DNA from: Octopus sinensis
Taxonomy: Eukaryota
NCBI RefSeq assembly: GCF_006345805.1
Contig: NC_043014.1
Span: 50,406,001 to 50,470,000, forward strand
DNA length: 64,000 nucleotides
Direction of reading: 5' to 3'
The notes beneath the pieces were generated by a model. It was not told where the DNA came from and searched no databases. It saw only the letters and a list, made by a program, of their open reading frames with translations. Positions within the stretch are counted from its first letter, which is position 1. The number at the start of each line of letters is the position of its first letter. This document shows, in pieces, positions 28,247 to 41,041 of the stretch. A program made the translations under genes and the position numbers.

Positions 28247-28724
28247 TAGTTTGAATGTGCGTTCCAACTCTTAGCTCTTGTTGGCAATACTGTCGTTGTT
28301 TCCCCTTGATTGAATTATGGAGATATTGTTACAGAGCGAGTTTGTTGCCGCATTTGTTGCTGCGTTCAGTTTGGACCACTATCTGGCTTCTTTACACTCC
28401 CGTCTTCTTGCTTCTGTTTACAAAAATCCAATTTAGCACACAGATTACTGATGCTGTTGTTATTTTCGCTTAACCTCAGTTCAATTGTTATCTAGTACAG
28501 AATTATGGTTGGTATTCCAGCATGTTCGCTTCGATATTTCTTCAGGACACCCTCCACACACACGTACACACACATACACATACAAAACACATATTTATAT
28601 ATACAGATACATGTATATGTATATATATATATATGTATATGTATATATATATGTATATATATATATATATATAATATATATATATATATTATATAATATA
28701 TGAGTGTGTGTGTGGTATATATAT

Positions 28725-28767
<43 letters not shown>

Positions 28768-29244
28768 GTTTATGTATGTATATGTATATGTATAAAGTGC
28801 CTTTCATTTTTCATAGTTTGCATGGCGTGTTTGGTGTTGAGCAGCTATAGATAACATTTTGACTGTTTCTATTGAATAAATTATGTTATCTCTTCATATT
28901 AAGCAGGTTTTTCAAAAATTCGTTTCTACATTAGCGCAGAAATCTGGTTTGAACACAATGAGGTTTTGAGCTTTTTCTGTCCCAAAAATTGAACATAGGA
29001 AGCAAGTTGTTGTTGTTACTGTTGCTGCTTCCGTTGCTAGTGTTGCTGTTGTTTTCATTTAGCACTATTTTAACCCTAATCTAATGAAATTATTAGCTTT
29101 ATTCCAACGTTAATCACCATATTTTTCCTCCTCCACATACGATACATATATGTGTGCGCGTGTGTGTGTATGTGTGTGTATGTGTGTATGTATGTTTATG
29201 TATGTATGTATGTATGTATGTGTGTATATATATCTCGGTCGCGG

Positions 29245-29575
29245 CCACATGGTTCCGGGTTCAAACCCACTGCATAGCTCATTGGGAAGGGGTCTTCTAT
29301 GATAACTGCGGGCTGACCAAAGCTTTGAGTGGATTTGGTAGACGGAAACTAAAATAACACACTATGCGTGCGTGGGGGTCTGGGAGGAGTGTGTGTGTGT
29401 GAGCGGACGTGTGTGTGTCTATCAATGCGTGGGTGTCTTTGTCTCTGCGTTTGTCCCCCACCAACGCTTGGCAACCTGAATTGGCTTGCGTTACCTTAAC
29501 ATAGCGTTTGGGCACAGATATCGATACAATAGGTGGTACCAGGCTTAAACAAAAGATGAATTACTACTGAGGTCT
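29245..29575 (+). mobile_element. SINE family M, diverged and 5'-eroded
   Basis: ccacatggttccgggttcaaacccactgc...gagtggatttggtagacggaaact. Confidence 0.7.
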
Positions 29576-30729
29576 TCGACATAGCTGTAAGATGTGTGCG
29601 TGTATGAGTGTATGTACAAAGCAATGATATTCGTTATGCTCTTCATATTTATTTAGGAATAGAACTCATGTTCTCATGTTCCTGAGTGGAACAGCTCCCC
29701 ATTAGCATTACTGGTATCGATTAAACTTCTAAAAACATTTCTGGACTTGTTCCTAAATTCTTTTTCATGGCAGATTTACAAAGACAATCAGCTGCCATTT
29801 CTAGCAAGCCGAAATATGACCCTGTCGAGTACGCAACCCAGTTCATAATTCAGTTTATGTGAATACATCTATACCCATCAACATATTGTTCCTTTTATTA
29901 AATCGGCAGCTTTTATGATGTGAGAGCAGATTGCTGAATATTTCCTACATGTCATATTACCACAAAACTACTTCACGTTTTATCGCCCTTACAAGATTTC
30001 AATCTCCCTTATCTAATAATATTTTTCAAATACTCAACTTATTTTATTACACAATTGTTTGCCATAACAGATTTTAGTTTCAATTTATATTTTATAAATT
30101 TCAACATCCACATAAACTCTTAAATTTTTTCAAACCAAAATTCCATAAACACGACACGGAATATATTTTTAAAGCTATTTTTTTTATAGTATTCGTATTT
30201 CTATAATATTCCTATCGTAATTCTATTTTTTGCAACAAAAACCTGAATTACAATTTATCAACGTTATTGCAATTATTTATTTTATTTTCATAAATTTCAT
30301 TGCATTCGGATCTGTCATGTAATCCCTTAATTTCATTTTGATTTTTATCACGAAACAGCAAATAATTTTTAGTTTAACAAAAACGAATCATCGTTGATAT
30401 CATCATCTTTTTTATTTGATATTCTCACGCTGAAAACACTATCATACCCTTCGCTTGGAAGAAAAACAACGACAACAAAAAGGACTAAAGTATACGTGTG
30501 TCCCGTTTTATCACGGATTCACTTATCACTGTTCTGGGATAACACGTTATGTTCAATTGTAAACAACGTTGCGAATTATCATAGATTAGTGTTAAAACAG
30601 ATCGGCGATCAGTCGACCATCTACAATGATCATCCACCAGACTCAGGACATTTTGCATCTGGGAACGAAACCTATTTTCCCATAAGTTCTATTAATCACT
30701 TATGATTCGGTGTTTGTTTGGTGAAGTGA

Positions 30730-30805
30730 AATGGAACCATACACCTGGAATTGAACCACACACCTGGAATGGAACCATACACCTGGAATGGAACCATACA
30801 CCCCT
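30730..30805. repeat. 19-bp minisatellite x4
   Basis: AATGGAACCATACACCTGG units starting at 30730, 30749, 30768 and 30787. Confidence 0.9.
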
Positions 30806-31059
30806 GATAAACCAGGATGGATATACAAAATTTAAATCTCCACCCCTATTGTGGTTGTTTTTGTTGCTGTTGATGCTGTAGAGGTTGTTTACCGCCAAAA
30901 AGTCCCTAATTAAACTCATATGCATTTCATCTTTCCAACCGTACCCGTTTTATATTATCTTATCCTCTAAGATTCAGGTGACCAATTAAACATTACCTAA
31001 TGCGTTGTTCCTAATTGCTGGTAATGTGCCAAAATTTAAAACTAGTAATAATAATAAGG

Positions 31060-31428
31060 CCAGTAATTTCAGGCCAGAAGCAGGAGGATTATATCGACCC
31101 CAGTGCGTAACGGGTACTTATTTAATCGAGGCCGAAGGGATGAAAGGCAAAGTCGACCTCGGCGGAATTTGAACTCAGAACGCAACGGCAGACGAAATAC
31201 CTATTTCTTTACTACCCACAAGGGGCTAAACACAGAGGGGACAAACAAGGACAGACAAACGGATTAAGTCGATTACATCGACCCCAGTGCGTAACTGGTA
31301 CTTATTTATCGTCCCTGAAAGGATAAAAGGCAATGTCGACCTCGGTGGAATTTGAACTCAGAACGTAACGGCAGACGAAATACCGCTAAGCATTTCGCCC
31401 GGTGTGCTAACGTTTCTGCCAGCTCGCC
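31060..31428 (-). mobile_element. SINE family C head-to-tail dimer (C1 unit followed by a 5'-truncated C2-like unit)
   Basis: Two consecutive copies of gtcgacctcgg.ggaatttgaactcagaacg.aacggcagacgaaatac (about 31151-31200 and 31334-31383). Confidence 0.8.
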
Positions 31429-32140
31429 TTCTTAGCCAGCTACATATTGCTACTAAGAATAGTAATAAAGTACATCATCTCAGCAAATTTCAGTATAACG
31501 ATTATCAATTTAATATTCTATCATTATTCATTCAATCCAAATCTATTGTTGTTTGTGCGTGCTTGTATGCTTATGTAATATATGTGTTTGTGTGTATGTG
31601 TGTGTATGTATGTATGTGTGTCTGAGTGTGTGCGTGAATGTGTGTGTGTTCGTTAGATCGCGGTAACACGCAAAGCAACCTTTTTCGTGGATCAACAGAA
31701 CAGACAGAAACACACCTGAAGAAAAAGAAAAAAAAAATTAACAAGGAATTAATAATAATAAATATCCTTCTCGTTCCGTTGCGTTCGCCGTGCCCACCAC
31801 ATCGTGCCATTCTTCAGTTCTTCGTCGTCAGGATTTCCTGCGGCTACGAAAAATAATTTAGAAGACGTAACAATGAATGAAATGTGTATTATCCGGTAAT
31901 ATGCAATATGGATCGTTAATTGTTTAACGGGAGATAATATATTAATTATGTCACATTCCATATCAGGTGAAATTGCAATCAACTCCAGGAATCTTGACCT
32001 CGTTATAATTGATGTTAACCTGAAATCTGCAATTAATTCTGAAACTCTATACCGATTTAAGCAAAATTCCATCAAAGGAGTGTATATATATATATACGAT
32101 ATATATACTATACATACGTCTATATATATATATAATATAT

Positions 32141-32210
<70 letters not shown>

Positions 32211-32216
<6 letters not shown>

Positions 32217-32437
32217 TGTCACTGTGTGTGTCTGTGTACATACTTGCATATTTGCATGGATAGATAGATAGATAGATAGAAAGATGTATTTACATATATA
32301 TACACACATACACACATATTTTTTGATATATGCATATACCTACGTGTATACATTTCTACAGCAATATATTTCTGTGTGTGCTTTAACGTATATGTGCATA
32401 TATATATTTGTGTGTGCATATGTGAATGTTTTTGAAA

Positions 32438-32481
<44 letters not shown>

Positions 32482-32556
32482 CTGTGTGTGTGTGGTATGT
32501 ATGTTGTATATATATATATATATGTATGTATTATAAATAAATAATGTATATATATA

Positions 32557-32596
<40 letters not shown>

Positions 32597-32871
32597 TATA
32601 TATATACAAACATATAATATATATATATATCATATATTATATATATGGTCTGTCATGGGTTGTGTCTGTGTACATACTTGCATATTTGCATGGATAGATA
32701 GATAGATGATAGAAAGATGTATTTACATATATATACACACATACACACATATTTTTTGATGATAGCATATACCTACGTGTATACATTTCTACAGGCAATA
32801 TATTTCTGTGTGTGCTTAACGTATATGTGAATATATATATTTGTGTGTGCATATGTGAATGTTTTTGAAAG

Positions 32872-32913
<42 letters not shown>

Positions 32914-32973
32914 CTGTGTGTGTGTGTATGTATGTTGTATATAGATATATATATGTATGTATATATAAATAAA

Positions 32974-33020
<47 letters not shown>
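32211..33020. repeat. About 430-bp tandem duplication of microsatellite-rich DNA
   Basis: gtgtctgtgtacatacttgcatatttgcatggatag...gaatgtttttgaaagt occurs twice (from about 32228 and 32663), differing mainly by small indels. Confidence 0.85.
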
Positions 33021-33028
<8 letters not shown>

Positions 33029-34856
33029 TGTGTATATATCCGTGTGTCTATATATTTAAGAGGTGTGAGAAAAGAATACATGTGCGTATAACACATAATC
33101 AAGCATTTTGTTAAGATATTTAGACGTACGTTTTGTTACGGTATCGTATCATATAACGGTGAGTTGTTAATATATTCCATCGGAGTATTAATTACTTAGG
33201 CATTACATCTCTAATTAATCAAATACCTCATACCTCAAATTACGTATGTAATTGATATCAATGCATGTAACTTAACTTGAAACACGATGTAACACGAAAA
33301 GAGTTTTTAAAATTTATTTACTTATATGTTTTGATAAATGGTTTCTTCATATTTTGGCGGGAATTTATGCGCGTTTCCCCCACCGTATTGGCTTCTGGGG
33401 TGTTTGTTGATTGATAATCTTATGAATATGTTCGCTGGCACCGGCGTTAATTTGGATGGATTGGCTGAGATTGAGGGCCGGTTTTCCATTAATATTTTAT
33501 AGAATCAAAACGCCAAGTGAAGTGGAAAGTGAGCTAACAGGATGTGAAGTATGTTGATGTACGCCTGTATTTTGAAATTTCAAATATCTTATGCACAGAA
33601 ACTATGCATGGAAGTGAACCCCGACAGGCGGGATTCACCAGTTTCTCACTGCACCATTTTTTGTTTTTACAGATATACATGGACTTCGAGAAACTAAGCG
33701 CATGGTATCTATCAGCTCGTAGAAAGATGAACGTGACGACATGCTGACGATTCAGTGACGTCATCCATTGAAGACCAACAACACCTGGCGGCTCTAGATG
33801 TATGAGATTAGAAGAGGGCTATCAGCCATTTTGTTAGGATGTTAGACTCATTACTACAAAATTGTGGCTTCAATTCCTAGATCACGTCTTTCACCAAGGG
33901 ATAGATAGATAGATGTTACTCCATTCTGTTCAATGAATACCAACCGGATGCCTATATTTCTCTCTTATCCCTTCTATCCCTCTATATTTCTCTCTCTCTC
34001 TTTCTCTCTCATAATACACAAACTTTTTTATCTACGTGTTGCATCATTGATGTACCGTTGGGTTCCAGCGTGAAAGACATAAGGCTTTCCCTGGGTGATT
34101 CCAACATTTCGATGACCCTCAAGCACCAAAGAATCCAGATATCAATGTCACATGTCAACTAAATCATACCTATCACCTGGCTGTATAGCAACATGTAGAG
34201 GATGGGTGCAACTGAAGTTTCATAGATACCAACGTACTTTCTTTTTAATCTGTAGCAGCAAATATCTACAGATTCAAACTGCTGCTAAGGACAGGCAAAG
34301 TTATAAAATATATAGATACTTAAGAACCAATATGAGAGGTCTGATATCATATACTTCTCTGAGGTAAGACATCATCAGTTTAAAAGTCACTAATTACTCC
34401 CGCCTAATACTTACATACATACACACATACATACATACATACATACATACATACATACATACATACATACATACATACATACATACATACATACATACAT
34501 ACATACATCATACATATAACTACGATGTTCTCTTAAATAGGAATCACGATTCAGTTAAGATGGTTTTTATCAATAATCGCCCGAGTGGATTAGTTACGGT
34601 GAAAGGAAGCTACTTATTAATTTAATTAGTTAATTAATTTGGTACTTCATTAAATATACGTCCATTGATAAGCTTGTAGCACATCCGGTTGGTGTGTGCA
34701 GCTGTTCTTGCCATACAGAGAAGGCAAGTCACACAGACAGAAGCGCACACGCTTACACGTATGTAAGTGTATGTGTATATATGTATGTATATACATACAT
34801 ATAATATGCATATGTTTATATACATATATATGTATATGAATGGTATATATATAAAT

Positions 34857-34890
<34 letters not shown>

Positions 34891-34958
34891 ATATGAATGT
34901 GTGTATATATATGTATATAAATGTAATTAAGTAAGAGAAGAGAGAATATCTATCTATC

Positions 34959-34998
<40 letters not shown>

Positions 34999-35077
34999 AA
35001 GAGAAAACACAACAACGCGAGGACTTTTCGAACGGAGCTCTTCGTCAGAAACATAGGAAAAGGAAAGATCCAAAGAA

Positions 35078-36652
35078 GGGAATTTATTTAACACTTCGAG
35101 CAATCAGATTAGCACAATAGCTATTTTGGTTTTATCTCTTGATCATTGTTATCATAATCATGCGCTTTCAACCATTGTTTATGTTTTAAGCACTCTATCC
35201 TGCCCATGTCTTTTACAAGTTGGTGTAAGACAATGGGAAACAAAATGCAAATGATACCGACCGAATGCTGCAATGAATAAAACATATATATATATATATA
35301 TTATATAATATATATATATATACTGTTTTATGCATTTATAGAGAGTATTAACAATATTATAGTATATGATGATTTAATATATGTTTATGCAGTCATTTTC
35401 GTACGTTTGTCATTGTGTTTGATAATCGGCTCAAGAAGTTTCTCATTCAATTTCGTTTTTCGATCATTCAGGGTTGCCCTTCGGTCAAAGCATTTAGCAT
35501 TTACATCATTGAAATTAAAATGCCCGTCGAGAGATTTCAAATTAGTCGGAATGCGGGGAAGTGTCTTTTCGCGCATTCAAATTCGCACGTGAGCAGACGA
35601 GTTCGGAATAAGTTTATTCAACGTAGCTCTAATTTTACATGTTTGTTTTACTCACATTCTAAGAAATGAATGTTAAAAATGACAAAGTTAAATGACATGA
35701 TTTGTCATATAAAATTTTATTATGTGGTTATAGCTGCAAGGAAGAAGTAACATGGTTTTTTTGTCCATGAAAGTGTTTTTCATTGCAGCATTCGGTCGGT
35801 ACCATTTGCATTTTTGTATCCCATTCTCTTACACCAACTTTACTAATGGAACCAGGCGTAAGGTATGAAGATAGGATAAGGCTGGTTGAACCTTGGAGGG
35901 GCATCAACTGATTACCTGAAACTAACAGACGCTTGGTATTAAAAGGAATATTCTTCGAGTCATATCGAAACATTGACTCCAATGTTTCACTGGTACTTCA
36001 TTTATCGACCCCAAAAGGAAGAAAAGCAAAGACGACCCCGGTGGAATTTGAACTCAGAACGTAAAGACGGACGAAATGCTGTTGAGCATTTTACCCTGCG
36101 TGCTGACGGTTCTGCCAGCTCACTGCCCTTACAACAAGACATATTATGCAAATGATGAACACATATCTGAACACAATGTATTTAAATTCAAAGACGATGA
36201 TTGAAAAGGCTGGAATGCATTTCATGAAGTCTTTAACACTAAATACATGTATCTATGGAAAAATAAAAGAATACACAGAAAAGACATGGGCAGGATAGAG
36301 CGCTTAAAACATAAACAATGGATGAAAGCGCATGATTATGATAACAATGATCAAGAGATAAAACCAAAATAGCTATTGTGCTAATTTGATTGCCCGAAAA
36401 GTTAAATAAATTGCTCCGAAACGAATTTGAATGCTCGAAAAGACACTTCCCTCGTCTTCCGATTAATTTCAATGCTCTCAACGGGAAATATAATTTGAAT
36501 GATGCAAATGCTAAATTCTTTGACCGAAGTGCGAAATTGAATGATCGAAAAACGAATTTGAACGAAAAACTTCATGGCGCCATTTTTTCTCGCGTCTTTG
36601 AATGACCCGATTATTGAATGATAAACGTACGAAAATGTCTGCAAAAACCTAT
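35078..36652. repeat. Complex inverted-repeat cluster (three arm pairs)
   Basis: 35078-35215 vs rc 36278-36413; 35218-35285 vs rc 35770-35840; 35382-35640 vs rc 36395-36652. Confidence 0.8.
35965..36124 (-). mobile_element. SINE family C fragment
   Basis: tttatcgacccc...ggaatttgaactcagaacgtaaag...ttctgccagctc. Confidence 0.7.
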
Positions 36653-36744
36653 GTTAAGTATTATCGGAAAATTTGCCCTAATCTAATAAACAACATATAA
36701 ATATAGGTACAGTTACTTTTTTTCGCCATGATAGGTCGCTAGCC

Positions 36745-36906
36745 ACTACAAATTCTTTATTTTGTCTCCTTGTTTCTTTTTGTGTTCCTTTCTGTGGAGG
36801 AGCGTAGGCTCGAAACATTTATGACTTTTTCACTTCCCGAGCATTAAACTAATATATCAGTTTGTTGTCTACACCACCTGTCTTCTTTTCTCTTTTTGTG
36901 AATTCT

Positions 36907-36910
<4 letters not shown>
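36745..36910 (+). mobile_element. Probable Penelope-like terminal-repeat fragment
   Basis: Pyrimidine-rich segment with a CTGTGGA-G-GAGC-gtag-GCTC-GAAAC motif, ending in (TA)n. The PLE assignment is inference. Confidence 0.4.
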
Positions 36911-36944
<34 letters not shown>

Positions 36945-36953
<9 letters not shown>

Positions 36954-37260
36954 AAAATAGGACAAGAACGCAAAACATCCTGACAGGTGATACAAAAAAG
37001 GGACAACAAAACATCCAGACAGACGATACAAAGAAAACAAGGACGGGTCATTCGGAGATTTCGTTCCTCAGTAGAGTTTCAGATTATCTTTGCTATTTCG
37101 GTTGGTTATACTCAAGATTGCTCCAGTCTGGCCAGTCCCCCCCCCAAAAAAAAAGCTTATGGGCACTAGATTCCTTGGATGAAAGCAGCGAATGTATATG
37201 AAACAAGGACAAAAAAAAAAGAGAAAATGGTACACAAATACAAATAATAGGATATTAACC
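36945..37260 (-). mobile_element. Dispersed repeat family P, copy 3
   Basis: Reverse complement aligns to 20600-20900 (catatacattcg.tgct...ccaaggaatcta; gtatcgtct.tctggatgtt). Confidence 0.65.
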
Positions 37261-37530
37261 ACGATTGTCTTTAGATTAAGGACGAATTAAATTAAGCTAG
37301 CGTGTGCTGAAGTAAAGCCTTACGGCAGAGACATGATTTGACGGGCAGAAGGAAAACTATAGATGTTGCACGGATGGTCACGTGGGGAGAGAAGAGAAGA
37401 GGCAGCGGGATAGAAGAATTAAGGAGGGGTGAGAAAAAACTGAAAGGGACTGAGTGAAGTAAAAGAGGAGAGAAGGCGAGCATGAAGAGAAGGCCAGGAA
37501 ATATGAGAGAGGGGGAACGAAAGAACGAAG

Positions 37531-37561
<31 letters not shown>

Positions 37562-37576
37562 CGAAAGAACGAAGGG

Positions 37577-37623
<47 letters not shown>

Positions 37624-37664
37624 ATATATATATATATACGGTGTAACAGAATATGGTTTCAAAT

Positions 37665-37863
37665 TTTGCCACAGGGCCAGGAGGTTTTGAGGAGAAGGGA
37701 AGTGGATTTCCTTTACCCCATTACTTAACTGGCACTTATTTTATCGACTTCGATTGGGTTAAATGCAAAGTCGACCTCGGCCAAATTTGAACAGGGGATG
37801 TAAAAATGGACAAAATACTGCTAACCACTTTGCCTAGCGTGCTATCTGCCCAGCCCCCTCGCC
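37665..37863 (-). mobile_element. SINE family C, strongly diverged
   Basis: cacttattttatcgac...gcaaagtcgacctcggccaaatttgaac. Confidence 0.55.
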
Positions 37864-38691
37864 GACAAGTATGCTTAAAACTAATATGGTATACTCCAAA
37901 TACATTACGTTAAGCTACTTTTGTATGCCTGTATCTTTCACTGAGAAACCCTAGGGTGCCGGATTCCATCTTCAACTTCGTTCAACTTTATCTAAATGTT
38001 TTGACATAATATAAAACCTAAAACAATATTAAAAGAAAAACAGTATGAAATTAAACAATAAAATGCAATATTAAAAACGCAAAACAACATACCACAATCT
38101 AAAATAATTAAACGCCACACCAAGATATAATAAAATAATGCGAATACCAAATACTTCTTTATACAATGACAGAATAGAACTAAAATATAATTTAGTACAT
38201 TATAATATCATATGAAGTATTATATTCTCGATCTATACACGAATATCTTCGATTACCTTCTGAGGTCAGTTTCATCTTACTCTCACCAATAATACGATTT
38301 TCGGTAACGGATGAAATGGCAGCATATCGTATTTACACTAAAAGATAGCTTGCTCGTGATTAATCAATGGAAATCAATAGGAATTGGAAGATTAGGAAGA
38401 TGTCTCAGACAGTTGAAGTTCAAACAGGTCAAACGAAGGAAACCAATATGCATCATAATGCTTTCTCTAGCTGGAAGTGATCCACGTTGTAGGACGCGAG
38501 ATAGAAAACTTGCTAGTAAGACATTATGATGCGGTTTCGATCCATTTCTGAAGCTACATACAAGATGCGACGGGTAAATTCTCGCCATGTTATATGTTTG
38601 ATTTCCCGCATGCGCATTTCTTGTTTTTGGTTCTCTTGACTACACAGTATAGTAGGGTCAGTTGGGCACAGTCTGTGAGAAAAACAACACC

Positions 38692-38955
38692 ATGACGCAA
38701 TTCACTCTGCCGGAAATTTCTAAACAACATGCTGTACTGCTTAGCATTCGCACCGGAAGCTACAATACGGAAGTTTCAGAGTGTTTGGGTGTCAATCTGA
38801 GGAGAGTGCAGAGGATTCGGACAGAGCTGGATGAGCCTAATGGTGGTTGCAAAAATCCAGTAGCTGGAAAAATCCCTCTGATCGTTCTGATAAAAGAACT
38901 CCTGAATTTGTTGGTGAGATCCAGGCCATGATTGACAACAACCCGTTCAACCCCA
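38692..38955 (+). pseudogene. Tc1/mariner-superfamily transposase N-terminal (HTH) fragment
   Basis: MTQFTLPEISKQHAVLLSIRTGSYNTEVSECLGVNLRRVQRIRTEL, then frameshifted SDRSDKRTPEFVGEIQAMIDNNP; HTH-plus-linker layout typical of Tc1/mariner N-termini. Subfamily not determined. Confidence 0.5.
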
Positions 38956-39242
38956 CTGCGTGACAATCTATTCTACATTGCCTTGGGCTTAAATACATAG
39001 AATTATATTAAATTAAAATAGATGGACACATTAGTATAATTTTACCTAAAACCTCCAAGAAAGTAAGGAGATAAACAAAGAACATGCTGTCGTCACTTCA
39101 GCATAGAAGCTTCTACGGTATCAGGAAGTAGGACTTGTTAGAGATCTAGCTTGTCACTGTTTTGTGGGGTCAGTTTAAATTTATAATTTTCTTTATCAAA
39201 TCTTTGTATATCAAAAATCTAAGACCAAGGAACTTATATATA

Positions 39243-39547
39243 TACTAGCAGTATCGCCCGGCGTTGCTCGGGTTTGTAAGGGAAATAACTATATAAGCAT
39301 TTTTAGAGAGTTACTTCCCTTATAAAAATCGAGCAAAAATGGATTAAAAATGCGGAAAATGATGGTAAATTTTTTTTAAATCGCAGACTAAGCGTAGACG
39401 CACGCTAATACTCAGAAGGGCTCAATATGAATCACGACTATAAGATACCCGCTTTTGGTTAAACTGCACCGCAAAATGTGGGAGTAGTTAGGAATCTAAA
39501 TCGAAGGGGACAGACACGCACACAACTACAGTTTTATATATAAAGAT
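39243..39547 (+). mobile_element. Short non-autonomous Helitron/Helentron-like element
   Basis: Starts TACTAG followed by the hairpin cccggcgttgctcggg; ends gacagacac...gttttatatataaagat; no long TSD; TA-rich flanks. Class assignment is from recalled end structure. Confidence 0.5.
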
Positions 39548-39952
39548 ATATATATATATATGAAATTATATATAAATTTATAATGTGCACGCATAGGAGT
39601 ACACACATGCTAATTTAATAATTTCCACTACGTGTTGTTCATGCACGGCTGGGTGGTTAAGAATTACGGTTTACCAATATTTGATTTTAGGTTTGAACCC
39701 TCAGCGAAACGAGGAAAGCCGGTGTGCAGGTAGGAGTGTAGTTGGAATTTTTGCAATTCATAAATATGTTAGCAATGTAAATATTAGAAAAAAAAGGAAC
39801 TTGCTTTACAAAACATAAAAATCGTTTTTACATTAACTATTTTGAGAGAAAATCGATAAATAATATTAAGCATACAATATTCCGAAACACAACCGCCTTC
39901 TTTAATGAGCTAAAACAACTTTAATCCTTCCACAGAAGAATGAAATACAGTA

Positions 39953-40367
39953 GGCGCAGGAGTGGCTGTGTGGTAAGTAGCTTGCTAACCAGCCACATGG
40001 TTCCGGGTTCAGTCCCACTGCGTGGAACCTTGGGCAAGTGTCTTCTACTATAGCCTCGGGCCGACCAATGCCTTGTGAGTGGTTTTGGTAGACGGAAACT
40101 GAAAGAAGCCCGTCGTATATATGTATATATATATATATGTGTGTGTGTGTGTGGAGTGTTTGTGTGTCCCGTGTTTGTCTCCCTAGCATTGCTTGACAAC
40201 CGATGCTGGTGTGTTTACGTCCCCGTAACTTAGCGGTTCGGCAAAAGAGACCGATAGAATAAGTACAAAGAATAAGTCCCGGGGTCGATTTGCTCGACTA
40301 AAGGCGGTGCTCCAGCATGGCCGCAGTCAAATGACTGAAACAAGTAAAAGAGTAAAAGAGAGAGAGT
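39953..40367 (+). mobile_element. SINE family M, full length
   Basis: Aligns end to end with the 19195 copy. Confidence 0.92.
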
Positions 40368-40814
40368 ACGAAATTGAAACAGACCGGCTACAGCATTATA
40401 AACGTGTATTTGTGCTGTTTTATCTTTCGTTTTGTTTAACACTATAACCAATTTTCCCTTGTCTGTCCCCAACGGGGCCCACTCTGGTATAGCAGCTTGC
40501 TTTCAGAAAGTACCTCAGCATAACAAGTGCTGTGTCATAGCGTTGTAAGTGGAATTTAGTCGACTAGAATTAACTGGGAGCGCATAGTAAGGACCGATGA
40601 TGTTGATGGGGGGTAAGTTTGATACACCAACAGCTTTACCTTGGATGTTTCCGTCCTTGTTCCACCACCGCTAATTGACAGAATGGTAAATAAAACATCG
40701 CCGGTCGCCAAACAATGAAATGATAAAATGTGAGCGCACACACACGCGTGTAAATATGTATATACTGACGTGCGAGTGGGGAGGGATATGTGTGTGTATG
40801 TATGTGTGTAGATA

Positions 40815-41041
40815 TATTTCTTTACTATCCACAAAGGGCTAAAACAGAGGGGACAAACAAGGACAGACAAAGAGATTAAGTCGATTACATCGACCCCAGT
40901 GCGTAACTGCTACTTAATTTATCGACCCTGAAAGGATAAAAGGCAAAGTCGACCTCGGCGGAATTTGAACTCAGAACGTACCGGCAGACGAAATACGGCT
41001 ACGCATTTCGCCTGGCGTGCTAACGTTTCTGCCAGCTCGCC
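40815..41041 (-). mobile_element. SINE family C (tail C1), full length
   Basis: Reverse complement aligns end to end with 7456-7688. Confidence 0.9.

Noticed and set aside
30730-30805. CRISPR-like array
   Set aside because: Contiguous 19-bp units with no spacers, eukaryotic context, no cas genes.
31680-31715. 36-nt minus-strand exon after a strong polypyrimidine-CAG acceptor
   Set aside because: The donor (GTTGCT) is poor, and the acceptor may be a chance product of a poly-A/T tract.
33673-33799. Plus-strand exon (ttttacAG...AT|GTATGA)
   Set aside because: Stops in all three frames and no recognisable protein; it could only be a UTR or non-coding exon, which I cannot support.
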